Under the pieces are notes generated by a model that was not told where the DNA came from, ran no database searches, and was given only the letters and a program-made list of their open reading frames with translations. A DNA stretch of 64,000 nucleotides from Octopus vulgaris. Taxonomy: Eukaryota. Both the position numbers and the translations under genes were made by a program. The stretch covers positions 9,424,001 through 9,488,000 of the forward strand of contig OX597818.1 in assembly GCA_951406725.2 (NCBI GenBank). The letters are read 5' to 3'. This document shows positions 57,695 through 64,000 of this stretch, one piece after another (position 1 is the stretch's first letter; each line of letters begins with the position of its first letter).

Positions 57695-57700
<6 letters not shown>
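57073..57700. mobile_element. Inverted-arm element between (TA)n tracts containing a hammerhead
   Basis: 57092-57165 is the reverse complement of 57611-57684 (core AGAAACCGAGTACCATGT). Confidence 0.8.
57265..57312 (-). ncRNA. Type I hammerhead ribozyme with one core mutation
   Basis: Minus strand CCAGTA-CTGAGGA-AGGctaaatcTCT-GACA-CCAGttCTGG-TC-TACTGG: perfect 6-bp stem I, stem III ACCAG/CTGGT, GUC site; GAAA>GACA (A14C). Confidence 0.75.
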
Positions 57701-57783
<83 letters not shown>

Positions 57784-58043
57784 AATGGCACTCCGTCTGT
57801 TACGACGACAAGGGTTCCAGTTGATAGATATATATAATTGATATATCGAACATCTGCAATGGCTCCATAACTACCATCTCGGGTATAGCTTTGGAGCCCT
57901 AGTAATCTGTTACAACGCTTACCTAGCATACCTATTCGTTTAGATAACCTGTGAACTAAATCCCCATATTACATATATATATATATATATATATATAAGT
58001 ATGTATGTATGTATGTATGTATGTATGTATGTATGTATGTATG

Positions 58044-58081
<38 letters not shown>

Positions 58082-58128
58082 AATATTTGTTGTGCAAGAT
58101 TTTTTATGTGAAGTCGTGTGTTGAAACA

Positions 58129-58182
58129 GATATTGTTATATTTCGGAATGGCTAAACTGGCAATATGACCATTCCGAAATAT

Positions 58183-58189
<7 letters not shown>
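58129..58189. repeat. Perfect 22-bp hairpin at the end of a small repeat
   Basis: ATATTGTTATATTTCGGAATGG-17 nt-CCATTCCGAAATATAACAATAT; family copies at 41871-41900 and 60750-60840. Confidence 0.88.
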
Positions 58190-58241
<52 letters not shown>

Positions 58242-58500
58242 ATTTTTCATTGCATATTATAATACAGCTTAATTGTAATTCAAAAGAATTCCGGTTACTA
58301 TGGAAGATTTGAACTTAACAAAGTCTATATAAAGCCAAATGGAACTTAAATGAATTGGAGTCCAATGATGGCTTAATCTTCGAAGTCACCATCAGTGCCA
58401 GACTTGTTAAATGATAATAAATTAGTATATTATCTAAAGTTTTGCGTAATCCTTCAATATAATGTAAAACCGTTTTTATTACAATATAAGAACAAACATA

Positions 58501-58871
58501 CGAGGTTTGATCAATAAGTATAGTAACGAAGCTAAAGCATGCAGAGTAAAACCACAAGGCAAGGATTGACCTGGAACTCTGATGTGCATGTGCACTAAGT
58601 TTTAACGTTCTGTCTCACTTCGCTGTTTACAGCAGTGCTGGAAGGAAGGTGTGTAGCGTGTGATCGTCCTATTGACCATGGCAGAAAGTTATGATGACGA
58701 TACCTGCTCAGAGGCCTATGCAAAGTTGCAGAAAATATATGGAGAAGAGTGTATGTGCTGCACACAAGTGTACGAGTGGTTAACACATTTCCAAGATGGC
58801 TGAAAAAATGTTGATATTGACGAACGTTCTGGGAGAGGGGTACCTAACAGAACTAAGGAAAACATCGCAGA
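58501..58871 (+). mobile_element. Mariner 5' fragment
   Basis: TA-CGAGGTTTGATCAATAAGTA TIR-like start; LQKIYGEECMCCTQVYEWLTHFQDG*KNVDIDERSGR HTH remnant. Confidence 0.78.
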
Positions 58872-59211
58872 TGATCAAAGTGATGGACACATGTTTCATT
58901 CGAATGTGATAAGTCTGACGAAAAATTCCTTCTCGTTTTTTGTTGGGGGGCGGACATTACCAAAAGATGCAAGGAGCAATTGACTCGTTCCTGCATCTGA
59001 AAATGTCTGAACATCCTGAGAATCCATGATACAAACAACTTCCGCATGTGAAAATGGCCATGAATGATTTTTACCACGGACGCTACACTTATCTTCACCT
59101 CTTGGGTTAGTTATACTGCGATCCTCCAAAATGGCGGCTTCCATTTTATGGATGGTGTCGTCATCATTGGCGGAATCTGGTCGTCCAGGAATAGGGGCAG
59201 TTTCCACCAAT
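58872..59211 (-). pseudogene. Mariner transposase internal fragment related to the 9041 family
   Basis: VETAPIPGRP...MEAAILEDR, KISVASVVKIIHGHFHMRK...W.LRM...FQMQERVNCS and ETCVHHFD align with the 9703-10014 and 9284-9799 translations. Confidence 0.85.
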
Positions 59212-59694
59212 GTCTTTTCAATTTCAGAGATGCATCGGATAGTATTTACCTTATTATAGACAGCATATTTTGATGGGAGTTAAAGTACTGGCTTTTCATC
59301 TGTGTCAGTTGTTATTACCCCATAGATGTTCGTTTCGGTGTCCTTCTTGAATTCCGCTGATAGTGGAACAGCTGCCATAATAATTCCGTTTATTGTATCG
59401 GGGTACTTCTGTTTTTGCAAGTTTGTATTGTTGTTTACGTTTCAACCACGAGAATTTCTTTCTAAAATGTTTATTGCACTGGTGTATGATATGTGTGTTC
59501 TTCACATGTATTATATCCATAAGTGTGGTTCTCTCTGTCCGTGCGGTGATGCTTCTAATTCCTTTTAATAATATGCGCCTGCGTTTTTCTTGTTCACTTA
59601 GTTCTTTGTAGATTTTGTTCTTTATATTCACCATTAACGTTCGTTTCACCCTTTCAGCTTGACTTTTGATGAGTTCTAGTCTTTCCATAATCAT
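59212..59694 (-). pseudogene. Penelope-like element N-terminal ORF segment (inverted)
   Basis: Basic helical ORF ending KHFRKKFSWLKRKQ followed by DEKPVL*LPSKYAVYNKVNTIRCISEIEK, resembling the pre-RT L..G.KF motif of PLEs. Confidence 0.65.
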
Positions 59695-60368
59695 ACGTAA
59701 CGATAGGAATGGGATTTATCGACTCTATAGGAGCAAGTCATGGAACACCATTGAAAGGACTAAGAAGAAAATAGGGAAGACCAACTCATGGTATGAGGGC
59801 CACAAATACAAGAGTGTCATGTTCGTCGACACCCCACCTAGAGGCGAACTGGCGTACCGCTTTAGAAGGGCCCTAGACAATCTTAAGCTAAGAATTAAGG
59901 TTGTTGAAATGCCAGGTAACCCTATCAAATCCCTAATCGGTAGAAACTACGGTTTTAGTAGAAACCCCTGTACTGATAGGAACAGTGCTGTATGTAGATT
60001 TAGCCCACAAACAAACTGTAAAGCCAGAAATATAGTCTATAGTATAAGATGTACAGAAGGACGGTGCAGTAACAAGACAACGGCGTACGTGGGGGAAACA
60101 GCATGGAGCATAGGAGAGTGGGTTAATGACTTTGGCGGGAACTTAAGGAAGAGAAGAGCTCATCGGTTCTGTACCAGCACGCCGGAGCTCACTTCGCAAC
60201 ATAGAAGTTAAAATCTTTTCGACACTTAGAATAGATGCAACGCTTAGACAAATTACATAAGCTACAAACATAGTAGAAGATAAACCTAACCTGAATAGGA
60301 AACTGAAATGGAACACTAGCGCACACACCCAACACACCACAGCATATGACAGAATAAGATCTCCATAA
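59692..60368 (+). pseudogene. Penelope-like (Naiad-like) C-terminal segment with GIY-YIG endonuclease
   Basis: DRNGIYRLYRSKSW, YKSVMFVDTP, IKVVEMPG, CxxxxSxxC...C linker, NIVYSIRC...C...AYVGET, then after a frameshift DATLRQIT*A...PNLNRKLKWN. Confidence 0.88.
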
Positions 60369-60852
60369 ACTGATAACAATATGAACAAAATATAATATAA
60401 TATAATACACAGATAAACAAATGAATAACTATAAATTATATTAAATACAAAAAAAGAAAGAATAGAGAAAAAATATGTAGGTATAAACACATGAAGAAAA
60501 TAAATAAAAGCAAATTAAACGTGTATAAATAGGGGATACAGATAATATAGGCAGCCCCCCACACACACACTTACTAAACATAGACACACATAGGGTATAC
60601 ACATACGCAAATAAAAACACATACATAGGAATACAAAATACAAAATGGTTGATCGTTAGTAAGGAAAGACTGGCTGAAATACAATTAATGTAAAAAAAAT
60701 AAAATAAAGCTGAAACAAATTAACACCAAATATATAGTGCGTGTGTTTTTATTGGCTAAACTGGCAACATGACCATCCCCAAATACAGCAATGTCTGTTT
60801 CAACACACGATATCACATCAAGAATCTTGCAAAACGAATTATACACACACAC

Positions 60853-60913
<61 letters not shown>

Positions 60914-61246
60914 AGCAATTATATCATTGTTTTCAGGAGCCAATTACTTTTTCTACAGGTACTTTATAAAACCATGATGCCAAATTTTCTCAGTTTTAAA
61001 AGAAATTTCTGGTAGTAATTAATATATGCAAGCAAAGAACTTTTCAGCCCAAACTCGTGTGTGTGTGTTTCTTTAGATATAGTGTTAACTTGACTATAAA
61101 TTAAAAGATGCACGCACCACTGAAGTCAATGTGTGTTAGCCTATGACACATACACACTTCATTCACAAGCACACACGTATATATTGGAAGGCGCACTTAA
61201 AGTTACTCAACTTAAAACCGCACCTTTGTCTATTCATCTTCTGTCT

Positions 61247-61281
<35 letters not shown>

Positions 61282-61516
61282 CACTACACTGGCAAACACG
61301 CACGCATACGCACATTAAATCTTGCTATATAGGCAATATTAACTCACTGATATGTGAATGTTAATATGAAAATGTTCTGTCATGAGATACAGCTAATATA
61401 ATTATTTCCAGTATAATTAGATATTTAACTTTACTCATATTTTTAATTAGGCCTATTGCATGATCGCAAATACTATCGTGACAGTAACATACATATATGA
61501 GCAACATATACAGTGC

Positions 61517-61604
<88 letters not shown>

Positions 61605-62210
61605 ATATAAATATTTATCTGTGCGTATGTGTGGGTATGCAATATACTTGTGTATATGCATATATGTGTATATGTATATACTTCTGTTATGTGTGTATAT
61701 ATATATATGTGTGTGTGTGTTTGTGAATTACAAAATTAATTTAATGAAGTACAGTGCATTATCATATAAATTCATTTACAGTTATATTTCAGCTGATGTT
61801 GTGAATATGCGTATATTACACCATTTTCGCTTTTTTAAATTTCATGTAATTTATCAAAATTCTATAAACACCGCATACTTATAATTCTTAGATATGTATT
61901 ATTCATAAGACTCCCTCCTTGTCCTCTTTACCTTCTCTTCTTTCTCCACAGATGGTTGAGAATGTAACACTTGAAACGCAAGGAAGTCAAAATCTGAATT
62001 CTCAAGTGAATATTTTTATTTATTACCAGATATAGATTAATTTCTTTCTTACACCACGGTAAGTTTGTGTGAGTGTTCATGTCTAACATATGACATATAT
62101 ACATCCATCCATCCATCCATCCATACATCCATCCGTTCATACATACATACATACATACATACATACATACATACAGATATAAATATAGTAATAGATATAT
62201 TGATAATATA

Positions 62211-63438
62211 TCAGGTCATCCCATAAGTTCTGTCCAAATTTTGAATAAAGAAAACAAGTCATCAAATGCTATAATTAATTGAAATTTAATCATGAATATA
62301 CTTTCCCTGATTATCTACGACTTCCTTCCATCTATTTACAAGCTTTTTAATCCCATCTATGTAAAACTCTTTTGGTTTCAAAGCGAATAACTCTGAAATG
62401 TTAGTTTCGACCTCCTCCTGGTTTGCGAAAGATATGTCCCCCAAATGATTCTTTAACCTACAAAACAAATGGTAGTCTGAAAGAGCACGGTCGGGAGAAT
62501 AAGGTGGATGAGGAAATTTTTCCCAACCAAGCTCTTCGATCTTCTGTGATGAGATCTTTGCAGTGCGGGGTCTTGCATTGTCCTGATAAAACATCACTCG
62601 TTTTCGATTCACGAGAGCGGGTATTTTTTTTTTCTTCAAAGCTTGGTTTAAACGTTCTAATTGCTCAGTAGACATGAGCATTGATTGTTACATTAGGTGG
62701 TGACAATTCAAAGTGAATTATTCCTTTGCAATCCCACCAGATAGAGAGAAGACCGTTTTTTTCATGAAGTTCCCTTATCGGTTGTGGTTGAGCTTTTCTC
62801 TTTTACCAAGTCACTGTTTACGACGGTTAACATTTCGATAGACGATCCACTTTCCGCCACCAAAAAGAGTGAAATAAGTACGCGAGAATGGAGAGAAGAG
62901 CAGCTGCCAACTCGAGATTTGGCGTTGCTTTCAGACAATGCATGAGGCACACATTTTCCAAGTTGAGGAACCTTTCCAAGTTGTCGAAGATGATGAACAG
63001 TTGTATGATTTGAACTAAGATTTATTGCCAATTCTTCAACTGATAATGCAAACTCAACTGACGTCCTGTTCGATCTTCATCTTCAAAGCTGAAATCTCTA
63101 CTTCTGAATTTTGCAAACCATCTTCAGTAATATCTTTCATTCAAGCAATCTTTCCCATAGACTGAGTATATGTTCCGAGTCGCTTTGGCTGCAGATTTTC
63201 CTTTTTTTGTATTCATAAAACATTATGTGCCTTAAATACTCTTTAGATACTTCCATGTTAGATAGTGTTTTAATCAAAGAATTATAATTCTATTATTCTG
63301 TAAAGTAATATTTAATTAGTTTAAATGTACACTAATGCATAAAAATAATCTTTAATTCCATTAGACATTCTAAAATAATATTAAATTTCATTAAATTTTA
63401 AAAAAGGTAAAGTCGGACAGAACTTATGTGATGACTTG

Positions 63439-63439
<1 letters not shown>
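62211..63439 (-). mobile_element. Full-length mariner transposon (mellifera-like subfamily), inactive
   Basis: TIRs TCAGGTCATCCCATAAGTTCTGTCC and GGACAGAACTTATGTGATGACTTGA, TA flanks, 1229 bp. Confidence 0.93.
62286..63256 (-). pseudogene. Frameshifted mariner transposase
   Basis: MEVSKEYLRHIMFYEYKKG..., WFAKFRS, CVPHALSE, FYQDNARP, HPPYSPDRALSDYHLF. Confidence 0.92.
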
Positions 63440-63473
<34 letters not shown>

Positions 63474-63519
63474 CGAACATACCTATTTAGGTATTATATA
63501 TATTTACATGTATGTGAGT

Positions 63520-63720
63520 CGTTTATCGCACTGAAGTTTTCGTATGTTTAAGTATGTATCCCTACCTTGGAATTTCCTTTTTCTATGTTTCTGACGAAGA
63601 GCTTCGCTCGAAACGTTAAATTCTCCTTCTTTCTTTTTCCTTTCCTCAGCGTCCAATAACACTATACTTGTTCCACGTCCACGCGTTGTTTTGTTTTCTC
63701 TTTGTTCATGTTTGGATTAT
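63520..63720 (+). mobile_element. GAGC-stem hammerhead repeat
   Basis: Homologous to 38141-38370 downstream of the ribozyme (TTCCTCAGCGTCCAATAACACT...CCACGTCCACGCGTTGTT); ends in (TATC)n. Confidence 0.78.
63588..63620 (+). ncRNA. Minimal type I hammerhead ribozyme with intact core
   Basis: TTT-CTGACGA-A-GAGC-TTC-GCTC-GAA-ACGT-T-AAA: all conserved core nucleotides present, palindromic ACGT stem III, GUU site, extra A after A9. Confidence 0.75.
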
Positions 63721-63735
63721 CTATCTATCTATCTG

Positions 63736-63850
<115 letters not shown>

Positions 63851-63877
63851 GTATGTTTGTATGTGTGTGTGTGTGTA

Positions 63878-63972
63878 CATAGTTGACATTTACAGAAAAA
63901 GAAAAGACGAAGTCAGGTGTATAAACAAGACACAGATGTATTAGTTTAACGCACGGGAAGATGAGAAGATCT
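63878..63972 (-). mobile_element. 3' fragment of the GAGC-stem repeat family (no ribozyme retained)
   Basis: Reverse complement TCTCATCTTCCCGTGCGTTAAACTAATACA...TTCTGTAAATGTCAACTAT aligns with 3699-3789. Confidence 0.8.
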
Positions 63973-64000
63973 AATATATATGTATATATACATACACACA

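Noticed and set aside
59960-60110. Possible selenocysteine codons, as reported for some Naiad elements
   Set aside because: Cys positions here are TGT/TGC (one AGT); no in-frame TGA at these positions.

Overview
AT-rich eukaryotic DNA saturated with microsatellites ((TA)n, (CA)n, (TACA)n, (GATA)n, (ATC)n), tRNA-derived SINEs and decayed transposons. The repeat landscape resembles a coleoid cephalopod (Octopus-like) genome; this is inferred from repeat style, not from a database match. No intact host protein-coding ORF is recognisable and nearly all ORF-track entries are microsatellite translations. Recognisable elements: two full-length but frameshifted mariners (9041-10317, 62211-63439), two mariner fragments, a 5'-truncated Tx1/L1-clade LINE (12977-17388, minus), an internally inverted Penelope-like (Naiad-like) retroelement with a GIY-YIG domain (59212-60368), several SINE families including a tandem tetramer, and MITEs. 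The most interesting signal is a set of about ten minimal type I hammerhead-ribozyme motifs (one with an intact catalytic core, the rest with point mutations). They sit in short non-coding elements that are often microsatellite-flanked and often have inverted arms, which suggests a diverse population of non-autonomous Penelope-mobilised (retrozyme-like) elements. A second, more speculative signal is a set of minus-strand frame-preserving micro-exon candidates (48, 6 and 3 nt), which would place the window inside very large introns of a minus-strand gene. All structures were paired by eye and coordinates of degenerate repeats are approximate.
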